This document shows positions 52,101-61,375 of a stretch of DNA of 64,000 nucleotides, one piece after another. The first letter of the stretch is position 1; every line of letters starts with the position of its first letter. Below the pieces are notes generated by a model, which ran no database searches, had not been told where the DNA came from, and saw only the letters and a list, made by a program, of their open reading frames with translations. Origin of the DNA: Candidatus Cloacimonadales bacterium. GTDB taxonomy: Bacteria > Cloacimonadota > Cloacimonadia > Cloacimonadales > JAIOQZ01. The DNA is taken from assembly GCA_963662655.2 (NCBI GenBank), contig CAXXTU010000002.1:1888001-1952000 (forward strand). The letters are read 5' to 3'. Position numbers and translations under genes: made by a program.

Positions 52101-52176
<76 letters not shown>

Positions 52177-52191
52177 CGACATTCTTAAATA

Positions 52192-52268
52192 TGGAGCGGG
52201 AAACGGGGCTCGAACCCGCGACCCTCAGCTTGGAAGGCTGATGCTCTAGCCATCTGAGCTATTCCCGC
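52192..52268 (-). tRNA. tRNA-Gly (TCC)
   Basis: GCGGGAA...CTTCCAAG...GGTTCGAGCCC...CCA. Confidence 0.97.
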
Positions 52269-52343
52269 TTATTTATCGCTAAATTAACATCCAGATAAAA
52301 AACAACTCTCCAATGCAACCCTCGTTGCTCTGGAGAGAAAAAA

Positions 52344-52428
52344 TGGTGGAGAGGGGAGGATTCGAACCTCCGAAGTCTTCGACGACAGATTTACAGTCTG
52401 TTCCCTTTGGCCGCTCGGGAACCTCTCC
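52344..52428 (-). tRNA. tRNA-Tyr (GTA)
   Basis: GGAGAGG...CTGTAAA..., long variable arm, CCA. Confidence 0.97.
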
Positions 52429-52433
52429 ATTTA

Positions 52434-52508
52434 TGGAGCCGATGAAGGGAATCGAACCCCCAACCGATGGTTTACAAAACCATTGCTCTACCATTGAGCT
52501 ACATCGGC
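52434..52508 (-). tRNA. tRNA-Thr (TGT)
   Basis: GCCGATG...TTTGTAAA...GGTTCGATTCC...CCA. Confidence 0.97.
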
Positions 52509-52818
52509 CAGCTGACAGTTTCTCAACAAAAATTGCTTTTGTTTTCCTGTCAATCTTTTTCTCGACAAATCACTCTATTATGTTCAAATCAAATATCTAA
52601 CATTGAGTGCGCAAAATCATAACACCCTGCCTTTTGTGTCAACCTATTTTTCCCTTTTCAAATATTTTCATCCTCACACTATTCAAGCCATGTCCCTAAC
52701 CAACTGCACATCAAACAGTAACATTCCCGAAGCAATCCGCCGCCTTCCACCAGGAAAACTCTTTCCATTATTTGTTTGACACGTTTCAAAAACCTGCAAT
52801 CTTTTACGAAAAATCTGG

Positions 52819-54396
52819 ATGAGTGGAATGCACCCAAAATCACAACGGCCTCTCACTGCGATCGAGATAGACCTGCGAGAGCGAATCAAGGAGCTGGAAG
52901 GGCTCTACGCCCTGAACCACCTCGCGACCCTGGACATACCCATCGAGGAACTCTTCACCCGTTTCACGCAGGATATCATACCCAAGAGCATGCAGTTCCC
53001 CGAGTACGTTTTCAGCAAAATCGTTCTCGATGGAGTCACGCACACGCAGTGCGCCAATATCTCACAGCAAACGGACAACGTGCTCAAGAGGGATATCGTC
53101 ATCAACAACCTCACACGCGGCAACATATTCATTGGCTATATCGATCCCGCACTCGAGTTTCTGGAGACATTTGAGAACAAGCTGATCCAGGGCTATGCCG
53201 ATAAACTCGCCGACATCATCCAGCGCAAGGAAAGCGATGCCCAACTCCTCCTCGAGAAAGCGCGTGCGGAGCATTACCTGCGCATTGCGGGAGTGATCAT
53301 CATTGCGCTCGACATCGAGGGCGTGGTAACGCTCATCAACGAGACCGGGTGCCGAATCGTCGGCAGACCGCAGGATCAGATCATCGGCATCAACTGGTTC
53401 GACCACTTCACGGACCCGCGAGATCGGGATAACAGAAAGCTAAACCACCTCAGGATGACCGCGGGGCTTTCCGAGCCCTTGAAAACCATCGAGAATCGCA
53501 TCCTTAACCGAGACGGGGAACAGCGTATCATCTCCTGGCACGTGACGCTGGTGAGAGACCAGGATCGAAGAATTACTGGCACCCTCAGCTCAGGTGAAGA
53601 TATCACCCGCAGGGTATTCATGGAGAACAAGAAGATCGAGGCGGAGAAGATCGCCGAACGCTCCCTGCGGCTCGCATCGATGGGGACGATGGCAGGCGGC
53701 ATCGCACACGAGATCAATCAACCGCTGACCGCCCTGAAAAGTAAAGCGGACGGCCTCCTGCTGTGGCGCGAGATGGAGCACGAGGTACGGATCGATGAGT
53801 TGTGGGACGCGCTCAGGTTCATCTCGGGGCAGAGCCAGAGAATCCATGACATCATCCAGCATTTGCGTTCCCTGATCAACCAGCGACCCATTCACGTCTA
53901 TGAGGAGTTCAATCTGCATCGCTCTATCGAGAGCACACTCGCCCTTGTACGGACCAAGTGTCAGGCCCAGCAGATCAGGCTTGTTACCGACTACGATCCA
54001 TCCATCACATTTATTCGCTCTAACCACGTGCTTCTCATGCAGGCCATACTCAATCTGATCAACAATGCGCTGGAAGCCCTGAGCGTGACGCAGTACAATG
54101 ACAAAACCATCACGATCCGTACGAAGCAGGTGCCCAACAACCTCACGATCGAGATCGAGGACAACGGAACCGGCGTCACACCCGAAATCATGGATCACAT
54201 CTTCGATCCCTTTTTCACAACCAAGAATCCGCAAAAGGGTATGGGATTGGGGCTGACTATAACGGAAAACTTCATTCGCAGCCTGGGTGGCGTGATCAAC
54301 CTGAGGAACGCCCCCGATCGCGGAGCGATATCGCAAATCAAATTACCCAACCTTCAGAAGAAGAACAGGGATTATCTGTTCGGCAATGAGAAATAG
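52819..54396 (+). CDS. PAS sensor histidine kinase (NtrB-like)
   Basis: 'LRERIKEL' N-terminus, PAS, 'GIAHEINQPL', 'NLINNA', 'DNGTG', 'FFTTK', 'GMGLGL'. Confidence 0.92.
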   Translation: MSGMHPKSQRPLTAIEIDLRERIKELEGLYALNHLATLDIPIEELFTRFTQDIIPKSMQFPEYVFSKIVLDGVTHTQCANISQQTDNVLKRDIVINNLTRGNIFIGYIDPALEFLETFENKLIQGYADKLADIIQRKESDAQLLLEKARAEHYLRIAGVIIIALDIEGVVTLINETGCRIVGRPQDQIIGINWFDHFTDPRDRDNRKLNHLRMTAGLSEPLKTIENRILNRDGEQRIISWHVTLVRDQDRRITGTLSSGEDITRRVFMENKKIEAEKIAERSLRLASMGTMAGGIAHEINQPLTALKSKADGLLLWREMEHEVRIDELWDALRFISGQSQRIHDIIQHLRSLINQRPIHVYEEFNLHRSIESTLALVRTKCQAQQIRLVTDYDPSITFIRSNHVLLMQAILNLINNALEALSVTQYNDKTITIRTKQVPNNLTIEIEDNGTGVTPEIMDHIFDPFFTTKNPQKGMGLGLTITENFIRSLGGVINLRNAPDRGAISQIKLPNLQKKNRDYLFGNEK

Positions 54397-55151
54397 AGCG
54401 TACAGCCGGGGTTCTCTGAGGACACCCAGATTTTACCCTGGTGAGCTTCGACGATTTTCCTGCCAATCGCGATGACGATGTCTGCGCTTTCCGGCAAGCC
54501 CGACTCGGGATGAGTTTCCGTAAAATTCCTTTCGTACCTGCAGAATCCCGTATCGCTGTCTTCGCCGTTGTGGTGTATCCAGAACACATCCGCGTCGTAC
54601 TTCTTCTCCCACCCGATTTCAATCGATGGCTCCGGCATCGACGCGACGATCTCGAGCGCACTGCATAGAAGATTTCTCCATAGAATGGTTATCCTGCGGC
54701 GATCGGCCACGGCAAGAGGCATCTCCGGTTCAACGCGTACGGGCACGTTCGTGGCGAACTGCGCTCCCTGGCACTGAGCGATCACGCTGTTGATAACGTC
54801 GATCATCGGGAAGCTTGTCTTCTCGCCTGGGATGTGATTAAAGTTTACGTACTCGAAGATGTTGTCGAAGACCCGCTCGACTCGCCCGAGCTCATCGATT
54901 GCCTGAAGAGCGTCGCTACGGGCCCTCGTATTTTTTCCCTCTACAAGCTCGATTTCCATCATGCAAAGGAGACTCTTTATCGATTGGAGTGGAATCTTGA
55001 GCTCGTGATAGATGTTGAATAGCAGGTGCTCCAGTTCGGCTGGGGCGCTGATCAATGGCGGCGCGATCGCTTCGGAGTAACGGATTGTCCCGGGCATATC
55101 GACTCCAATTTGCATCTTGGGCAGAAGTAAGTCATTATGGCTCTCTTTCAA
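54372..55151 (-). CDS. Sensor-less histidine-kinase-like protein with a degenerate ATP-binding domain
   Basis: H-box 'YHELKIPL' is present; N/G1/G2 boxes are eroded; 'IVEAHQGKIWV' is retained. Start uncertain. Confidence 0.72.
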   Translation of the reverse strand: MKESHNDLLLPKMQIGVDMPGTIRYSEAIAPPLISAPAELEHLLFNIYHELKIPLQSIKSLLCMMEIELVEGKNTRARSDALQAIDELGRVERVFDNIFEYVNFNHIPGEKTSFPMIDVINSVIAQCQGAQFATNVPVRVEPEMPLAVADRRRITILWRNLLCSALEIVASMPEPSIEIGWEKKYDADVFWIHHNGEDSDTGFCRYERNFTETHPESGLPESADIVIAIGRKIVEAHQGKIWVSSENPGCTLYFSLPNR

Positions 55152-55185
55152 ACTTGGTCGAAAAATGAACTCCGCCTCCGATTTG

Positions 55186-55354
55186 TGTCATCCTGAGTGA
55201 TCCCGATATATCGGGATTCTATCGAAGGACGACACCACACCACGATGCTTCGATACGCTGCTTCGCAAAACTGGCATTTGCAAGCAAATGCTACGGCTTC
55301 GCTAAACTGGCATTTGCAAGCAAATGCTACGGCTTCGCGGCACTCAGCATAACA
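55186..55354. repeat. REP-like composite palindrome with an internal 36-bp tandem duplication
   Basis: Arms TGTCATCCTGAGT/ACTCAGCATAACA, palindrome ATCCCGATATATCGGGAT, TATCGAAG/CTTCGATA; 36-bp unit at 55260-55295 and 55296-55331. Confidence 0.75.
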
Positions 55355-55447
55355 GTATGGATGAGTCAGCATCAGACCTTGTGAATAATGCTTCCCACTC
55401 GGCTTGAAAGGGAGCCGCCATTATTCTGTGTCTTAACTTCTCGATAA

Positions 55448-55463
55448 TGCAAATTCGATACCA
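55448..55463 (-). promoter_or_regulatory. Candidate sigma-54 (-24/-12) promoter
   Basis: Minus strand TGGTATCGAATTTGCA = GG-N10-GC, next to a GAFTGA activator gene. Confidence 0.6.
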
Positions 55464-55549
55464 GACAAAACCCTTTCGCAGAGCGACTTGCAGTTTTGAT
55501 TTTTTTCGATATCGGGAGATGTATTGTTGAAAACGATAATTTTTGATTT

Positions 55550-56872
55550 CTATTCAGATTCTTTCATTTTACGCAAGCGACGATACAACGCCTGGCGAGA
55601 AATCCCCAAAGCCTTCGCGGCCTTGATGGTGTCCCTTCCGAATCTGTCCATGACCATCGAGACATACTCATTGATAACCTGATCGAGCGGCTTGATCGTC
55701 TTGGGAAGGACGCTGGGCTTGGTGAAGCGAAGTCCCGGGAAGTGCTCCACGGATGGCATCTTATTGTTTGCGAGAAGAATCGCGCGTTCGAGCACGTTGT
55801 TGAGCTCCCGGATATTTCCCGGCCAGGAGTAGTTCAAAAGCAGATCCATAACACTTTTATTCAAAGACAGCTCGGGAGCATTCTGGTCAGCGAGAACTTG
55901 CATGATCAGGCCCTCCATGTCTTCCTTCGACTCCCTCAGAGGCAACATGTGAATCGGGAACACGTTGATCCGGTAGAACAGGTCCGAGCGGAAATTCCCC
56001 TTCTCAACCTCGGTTTCCAGGTCTTGATTGGAAGCACAGACAAGCCTGAAATCGCTTGTCCTGGTCTGGGTCTCTCCCATGCGCCTGAAACTCCGGTCTT
56101 CAATAACTTTCAAGAGTTCGGCCTGGATTTGCATATTCATAGAGGTAATTTCGTCCAGAAAGAGGGTTCCGCCGTTTGCGTATTCGATAAGCCCCTGCTT
56201 GTCGGCCACAGCTCCGGTAAATGCTCCTTTGGCGTGGCCGAAGAGCTCGCTTGCCAGATAGGTGTCTCTCAAGTTCGCGCAATTCACGGGCACCATCGGC
56301 TTGGATGCCCTGGGGCTGTTATCGTGAATCCATTTAGCCATAACGCCTTTGCCGGTTCCGGTTTCACCCTGGATTAGTATGATCGTGTCGCTGTGAGCAG
56401 CGATCCGGGCATAATCGAGAATGGATTTCATGACCGGGCGGTGTTCGATGTACTGCTCGATCTTGTCGCGCTTGGTTCTCTGCGTCGCGCGGTCTGCCTG
56501 GCGCAGCCTTCCCACCTCGACCGATTTTTCCAGGAACAATTCCAGTCCGCTCATGTTCACAGGCTTGGCCATGAAGTTGTCCGCGCCTCGACGCATCGCT
56601 TCCACAGCCAGGTTTACGTCGCCGTGAGCGGTAATGAAAATGATCGGCAGGGTGTCGTTACTCGCCCGAATCTCCGTAAGGAAATCGATACCGTCGCCAT
56701 CCGGCAACATCTGGTCGAGGATCATCGCGTTGACCGGGTATTGGAATAGCTTCTCCCGCGCTTCTTCAATGGTTTCAGCGGTGACTACGTCGTATCCGCG
56801 ACTGTTGAGAAATTTCGTGAAACTGAAAATGATACTGGGATCGTCATCTATCATCAAAATTCGCGCTTTCAT
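55550..56872 (-). CDS. Sigma-54-dependent response regulator (NtrC family; REC-AAA+-Fis HTH)
   Basis: 'GETGTGK', 'SELFGH.KGAFTGA', 'LFLDEI', 'FRSDLFYR', 'WPGNIREL'. Confidence 0.95.
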   Translation of the reverse strand: MKARILMIDDDPSIIFSFTKFLNSRGYDVVTAETIEEAREKLFQYPVNAMILDQMLPDGDGIDFLTEIRASNDTLPIIFITAHGDVNLAVEAMRRGADNFMAKPVNMSGLELFLEKSVEVGRLRQADRATQRTKRDKIEQYIEHRPVMKSILDYARIAAHSDTIILIQGETGTGKGVMAKWIHDNSPRASKPMVPVNCANLRDTYLASELFGHAKGAFTGAVADKQGLIEYANGGTLFLDEITSMNMQIQAELLKVIEDRSFRRMGETQTRTSDFRLVCASNQDLETEVEKGNFRSDLFYRINVFPIHMLPLRESKEDMEGLIMQVLADQNAPELSLNKSVMDLLLNYSWPGNIRELNNVLERAILLANNKMPSVEHFPGLRFTKPSVLPKTIKPLDQVINEYVSMVMDRFGRDTIKAAKALGISRQALYRRLRKMKESE

Positions 56873-59214
56873 TGAACATTCCTTTTTACCTGGGGCAGAA
56901 GAATCACCGCCCGGCACCCGGGAGGCGGATCGTTGTTCAACAGCCGGATCGTACCGTCCATTTTCTCGATGATACTTCTAACAATACTCAATCCGAGGCC
57001 GGACCCCTTGCTTCTTCTGGTGAAGAAAGGATCGAATACCCGGGTTATATCCTTGGGATTTATGCCGTGGCCCCGATCGATGATCTCGATAATTATGCAC
57101 TGATCTTCGCCAATCGACACCTTCATGACGATGATTTTTTCGTCTCTGCTGTGCTGAGCAGCGTTATCGAGCAGGTTGATGAGAACTTGCTGCATCCTGC
57201 TGATATCGGCTCGAACAAACGGATCAGCCTCACATGACGAGTGATCGATCTCGACCTCGTAGCCAGGATACTTTTCTGCCTGCTGCCACATTTTTATACT
57301 TGCATAACATAACGTCAAGAGTGAAATCTCTTCAAGATCGGCAATATTGGTAATTTTGCTGAATTCTAACAAATCTCCCATCAATCTCGCCAGACGTTGA
57401 ACCTGCATTCCGATGTGCTCGAGATACTCGGCCATCACCGGGAGATGCCCGAAGTCTGTCTTGAGCATTTCCGATATCGCAACGATCGCATTCAGCGGGT
57501 TCCGCACCTCATGAGCTACGCCGGCGGACAAGCGTTCGATTTCCTCGAACCTCTTCGCGTCCGCGATTTGCCGCTGCATCCTTCGAATATCCGTGACGTC
57601 GGATGCGATCGCGAGGACCGCCGGTTTCCCGTTGAAATAGATTTTCCGGCAATTAACGAGCAATGCCAGCCTTTCCCCCGATATCTTTTCCAGTGTGATT
57701 TCCTGCGCGGGAATTACTCCGGGGTATTCCAGACGGGCGATGATCCTGAGAACTTTCAAGCGGTCTTTGGGAATAATCGCTTTGGTCAGCGCAAAATCAG
57801 ACGAACGCAGTTCATCTCGAGAATACCCGGTCATCTTCTTCCAGACCGCGTTCACGTACTCGATCTTGTGCTTCGAGAATATGAAGATCAGGTTGGGGGA
57901 TTCCTCGGATAAAATTCTGAATTTCTCCTCGGATTCCCGAAGGGCTTCCAGGGATTGTCGTGTCGTGGTGATATCACGCATGAAAATGCCAAGCCGGAGC
58001 TCCGTAGATGTCTTGATCGGGAATACAATGCGCTCGATGATACGTTGCTTTCTATCGGGCAATGTGAGAATGTCCTCCTCCACCATGTTGATGAAATCAG
58101 CCGTTCCGTTTTCCCGGTATCGTTCGATGCGGTTTCGCCAGAGGTTGAGCCTCTGGTGGTGGCGGTGGTTTCCGGACAACTCCTGCTGAATCTCCCAGAA
58201 CGGATGCCCGACAACAATATCCTCGTTCATGCCGGTCATGGCTGTCATCGCGCGGTTCCACGCGATCACGTATCCGCGCGCATCGAGCAGAACGATTCCG
58301 TCATAGCCTTGCTCGAAGATACTTCTGAACCGCTCCTCGCTCTCTTTCACCTCGATCTCGGCGTGGATTCGATCCGTAATCTCTCCGAGAAGACGCTCAT
58401 TGGTTTTAATCAACTCGAGCGTCCGATTCATAACGCGTTTCTCGAGCTGATTTCGAGATGCGACGAGCGCTTGCTCCGTTTGTTTCTGCCTGGTGATATC
58501 CAATGTTATTCCAACGCACGAGACCGTGCTTCCTTGCATGTCCCTGACAAAGTGTAAATTGGACTGGAGCCATGTGAAGCTATTGGGGATAGCGTTGAGC
58601 CTGAACTCGATCTTGAGGCTTGATTTCAGCGACTCCCCGCCTATCTGTTGCCGGATGATTGTTTTCAGTTGTTCCCGATCATCCGGGTGAACAAGCTCAA
58701 TCAGCTCGTCTCCCGACAATTTTGTAATCGACTTACCCGAGAGAAGCAGAAATCGATTGATGGATGGGCTGCAGTAATCGAATTTACTCTCCATAAAATT
58801 GTACCGGAACACAATAAAGCCCTCGAAGTCCATCAACTCATCGAAGAAGTTGATATACTGCTGATTGCTAGGGTTATCGATATGGATGGGGGTAATGTAT
58901 TCGTTGACGACCAACAGACAAGTGTTGTTTTCTCGGTCGCAGCTTGCCGAGATGAGGAGAGTGCGGGAAGAATTTAACTCCGTGGGGCAGGCCAGCTTGA
59001 ACGCCAGGTGCGTCCGGTTTGCGACGATCCCTTCCAACCAGTCATGAAAGGCTTCGTGCTTCCATTCGGGAATCAAGCGATAGACGTTATCGGTTATCTG
59101 CCCGGGTAAGAATAATTTTATGAATAGGTCATTACAGTGGAGGACGCTTCCATCTCTTGCGATGCGAGCGACCCCAATCGGGAAATCATGAATATCTTCC
59201 ATTATGGATTTCAT
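56869..59214 (-). CDS. Multi-PAS sensor histidine kinase, probably cognate to the NtrC-like regulator
   Basis: PAS repeats, 'GVAHEVRNPL', 'NLLDNA', 'DRGHG', 'GSGLGL'; its stop overlaps the regulator start. Confidence 0.92.
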   Translation of the reverse strand: MKSIMEDIHDFPIGVARIARDGSVLHCNDLFIKLFLPGQITDNVYRLIPEWKHEAFHDWLEGIVANRTHLAFKLACPTELNSSRTLLISASCDRENNTCLLVVNEYITPIHIDNPSNQQYINFFDELMDFEGFIVFRYNFMESKFDYCSPSINRFLLLSGKSITKLSGDELIELVHPDDREQLKTIIRQQIGGESLKSSLKIEFRLNAIPNSFTWLQSNLHFVRDMQGSTVSCVGITLDITRQKQTEQALVASRNQLEKRVMNRTLELIKTNERLLGEITDRIHAEIEVKESEERFRSIFEQGYDGIVLLDARGYVIAWNRAMTAMTGMNEDIVVGHPFWEIQQELSGNHRHHQRLNLWRNRIERYRENGTADFINMVEEDILTLPDRKQRIIERIVFPIKTSTELRLGIFMRDITTTRQSLEALRESEEKFRILSEESPNLIFIFSKHKIEYVNAVWKKMTGYSRDELRSSDFALTKAIIPKDRLKVLRIIARLEYPGVIPAQEITLEKISGERLALLVNCRKIYFNGKPAVLAIASDVTDIRRMQRQIADAKRFEEIERLSAGVAHEVRNPLNAIVAISEMLKTDFGHLPVMAEYLEHIGMQVQRLARLMGDLLEFSKITNIADLEEISLLTLCYASIKMWQQAEKYPGYEVEIDHSSCEADPFVRADISRMQQVLINLLDNAAQHSRDEKIIVMKVSIGEDQCIIIEIIDRGHGINPKDITRVFDPFFTRRSKGSGLGLSIVRSIIEKMDGTIRLLNNDPPPGCRAVILLPQVKRNVQ

Positions 59215-59466
59215 AAACAACGATCCTGGATTAGAAATAGAAAAACCGCTGCGTGTGCAGCGGCATTCTATCAAACAATGGAAACATTTAAGGATAATCC
59301 GCAGGGATTATATCTGTCATATCATGATTTATAAGTAGACAGCCGCGAATGGACTATCGATTATTTCTTTTTATGACGATTCTTCCGAAGCCTTTTTTTC
59401 CTCTTATGTGTATTGATTTTATGCTTCTTCCGTTTTCTTCCGCAAGGCATTCAATCCCCCTGTGTT

Positions 59467-59769
59467 TTATTGTTCTTCTAATAATTCCACGTTCGCGTCG
59501 GCCACATCGTCCTTGAAAGCGCGTGAAAATTTGAAAGTTGGAACAACGCGTTCTGGAACTGGAACCTTGTCTGCGGTTTTCGGATTACGTCCGATTCTCG
59601 GCTTTCTGATTTTTAGCTTGAATGTGCCGAAACCGCGGATTTCGATATGATGTCCTTCTTTCATACTGTCTTTGACGGCATCAAGAAATGTATCCACTAC
59701 GATCGCTACGTCTTTACGAATTATTCCCGTTTCTTGTGAAATGGTTTTCACTAAATCAGCCTTGGTCAT
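59467..59769 (-). CDS. HU/IHF-family DNA-binding protein
   Basis: 'MTKADLV', 'IEIRGFGTF', 'GRNPKT'. Confidence 0.95.
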   Translation of the reverse strand: MTKADLVKTISQETGIIRKDVAIVVDTFLDAVKDSMKEGHHIEIRGFGTFKLKIRKPRIGRNPKTADKVPVPERVVPTFKFSRAFKDDVADANVELLEEQ

Positions 59770-59946
59770 AATTCCACTCCTTCACTCAGTTTTGAATTTC
59801 TGTTTTCCGAATCCTGAAATCTTTGTCAAGGATTTTGTCTAATCTTTTGAAATAACATAAGATTGCACTCTTTTGTCATCTCTGCGCGAACTCCTCGAAT
59901 CCGCTCAGATAAAGGCACGAGACTATTTCGGAAAACCTCTATTTTT

Positions 59947-60363
59947 TTATGCCTCAGTTTCTTCCGTTTCCACTTCGGGAATCCCGGTTTCAACATCAAC
60001 TTCCGCTTCTTCATCCTCTGGATCAAGCTTAAGTTCCTTGCCCTCGTCTTTCTTCTCGACGCAAACAGACAAGTTCATATTTGCAAGCGCCGGATAGAAA
60101 TCGGCGATATATTCCCGAACCAGTTCTTCAACGTCCGGCTCCCGCTCGATGGTCTCCGCGGTAAGCTTGAGGATTATCGCCAGAGAGCGGAACTGCAAGT
60201 TGATCTGAACGGATGGCTCTTCGCCGATCGTATTCTTCAAAAACAACGGGAGGGACTTGTCCAGCTTGATCGTCTGTTTCAGTCGGGAAAAAAACCTGTA
60301 GAGGCAGTATCCGCCAACGGCAAAGAAGCCTAATACGATAAGATTTCTCAGAAATTTCTTCAA
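59947..60363 (-). CDS. Hypothetical membrane-anchored protein with an acidic tail
   Basis: AGGAGG SD and TTG start, N-terminal hydrophobic helix, Glu-rich C-terminus. Confidence 0.75.
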   Translation of the reverse strand: MKKFLRNLIVLGFFAVGGYCLYRFFSRLKQTIKLDKSLPLFLKNTIGEEPSVQINLQFRSLAIILKLTAETIEREPDVEELVREYIADFYPALANMNLSVCVEKKDEGKELKLDPEDEEAEVDVETGIPEVETEETEA

Positions 60364-60393
60364 GGTTCCTCCTTAATAAACAAGCGGTCTATG

Positions 60394-60423
60394 AAAAAAA
60401 ACTGCCCCGGTTTATGAGGCAGT
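60394..60423 (-). terminator. Rho-independent terminator
   Basis: ACTGCC/GGCAGT stem with a U-tract on the minus strand. Confidence 0.7.
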
Positions 60424-60475
60424 ACTTCTATTATTGACGTATATTACAATTTCGTTCTTCTCGAAAACCCGAAAA

Positions 60476-61207
60476 CTACTTATACAAGGACTTCACTCGG
60501 CCCCAAGAAGTTCCATGCACCTGATGGGACCCCGTGCTGGAGAGGTCGCTTATGTAACGTGGGCAAAGCTGATACTCGCCGTACTGATAGACGATGCTTC
60601 CCTGAACGTACTCGAGGGTGTCGCCTGCGCGGTTCGAGCGTTTCTTGTTGTTCATGACGTTAAAGCCGTCATAGAGGACGCAGCTTCCGGTTCCATCGTT
60701 GATGCTCCACTTGGTCTCCTGGCGCATTCCAACGATATTGACGCTGCGAATCTTCACAAGCGCGCCTTCCAGGGATTCCGTTACTGCAAGTTCGCCGGTG
60801 GTCACTTCAAAGGCTTGCGGCATGCTGCCGCTTCCAGCGCGTCGACGCAGAACATTGATATTCCGCAATTCCGTATTACCGAAATTCTCGTGAACCTCGC
60901 CCTCCACTTCGATGTAATCGCCAACCCGGAGGCTCTTGCGATTGACCTGATCGCGAGCCTGAACAACGACACTGTTCCACGGCCCGCCGTTTTCATCCGA
61001 GAGCATCAGGTAGTTGGAGTTGAAGCCGATCGCGGTGACAACGCCTTCGGTTTGAACGACGATTCCTTCGTAAGGGGAAGGATAGGTTCCTTCAGCGCCC
61101 GGGTTAACGGTGAACTGAATATCATATATCGATACTTTCTCCGCCGCGAAAATCGCGGTCGAAAGAAGCATTGTCGCCAGAACAAATACAAATATGCTTT
61201 TTCTCAT
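60476..61207 (-). CDS. Secreted OB-fold (extracellular nuclease-associated-like) protein with a C-terminal 'SWGRVKSLY' motif
   Basis: Signal peptide; 'SIYDIQ...SPYEG..V...GVVTA', 'GD.IEVEG.V.E.FG.TEL', 'ESLEG.LV', 'PRYISD'. AGGAGG SD. Confidence 0.8.
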   Translation of the reverse strand: MRKSIFVFVLATMLLSTAIFAAEKVSIYDIQFTVNPGAEGTYPSPYEGIVVQTEGVVTAIGFNSNYLMLSDENGGPWNSVVVQARDQVNRKSLRVGDYIEVEGEVHENFGNTELRNINVLRRRAGSGSMPQAFEVTTGELAVTESLEGALVKIRSVNIVGMRQETKWSINDGTGSCVLYDGFNVMNNKKRSNRAGDTLEYVQGSIVYQYGEYQLCPRYISDLSSTGSHQVHGTSWGRVKSLYK

Positions 61208-61375
61208 ACAACCTCCTTGCACAACAAGGCAGTGTCATTATTTGCAAAATCAAACCGGTGTCAAGTTATAAATCTCTTCAATTCATTGAATTTCGCATTC
61301 GAACATTCCAAAGTTTACCCGATATCTGACTTGCATTTTCCGCTCCAATTCCGCCAGTTTCTGCCCAGGCTTCGC

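Noticed and set aside
52306..52337. Hairpin between tRNA-Gly and tRNA-Tyr as an extra RNA gene
   Set aside because: Too short and not a cloverleaf; probably a spacer structure.
55260..55338. 36-bp palindromic repeats as a CRISPR array
   Set aside because: The units are directly adjacent with no spacers, there are only two full copies, and there are no cas genes in the window.
61242..61258. Sigma-54 motif upstream of the OB-fold gene (CGGTTTGATTTTGCA)
   Set aside because: GG-to-GC spacing is 9, not 10, and a TTGACA box explains the promoter.
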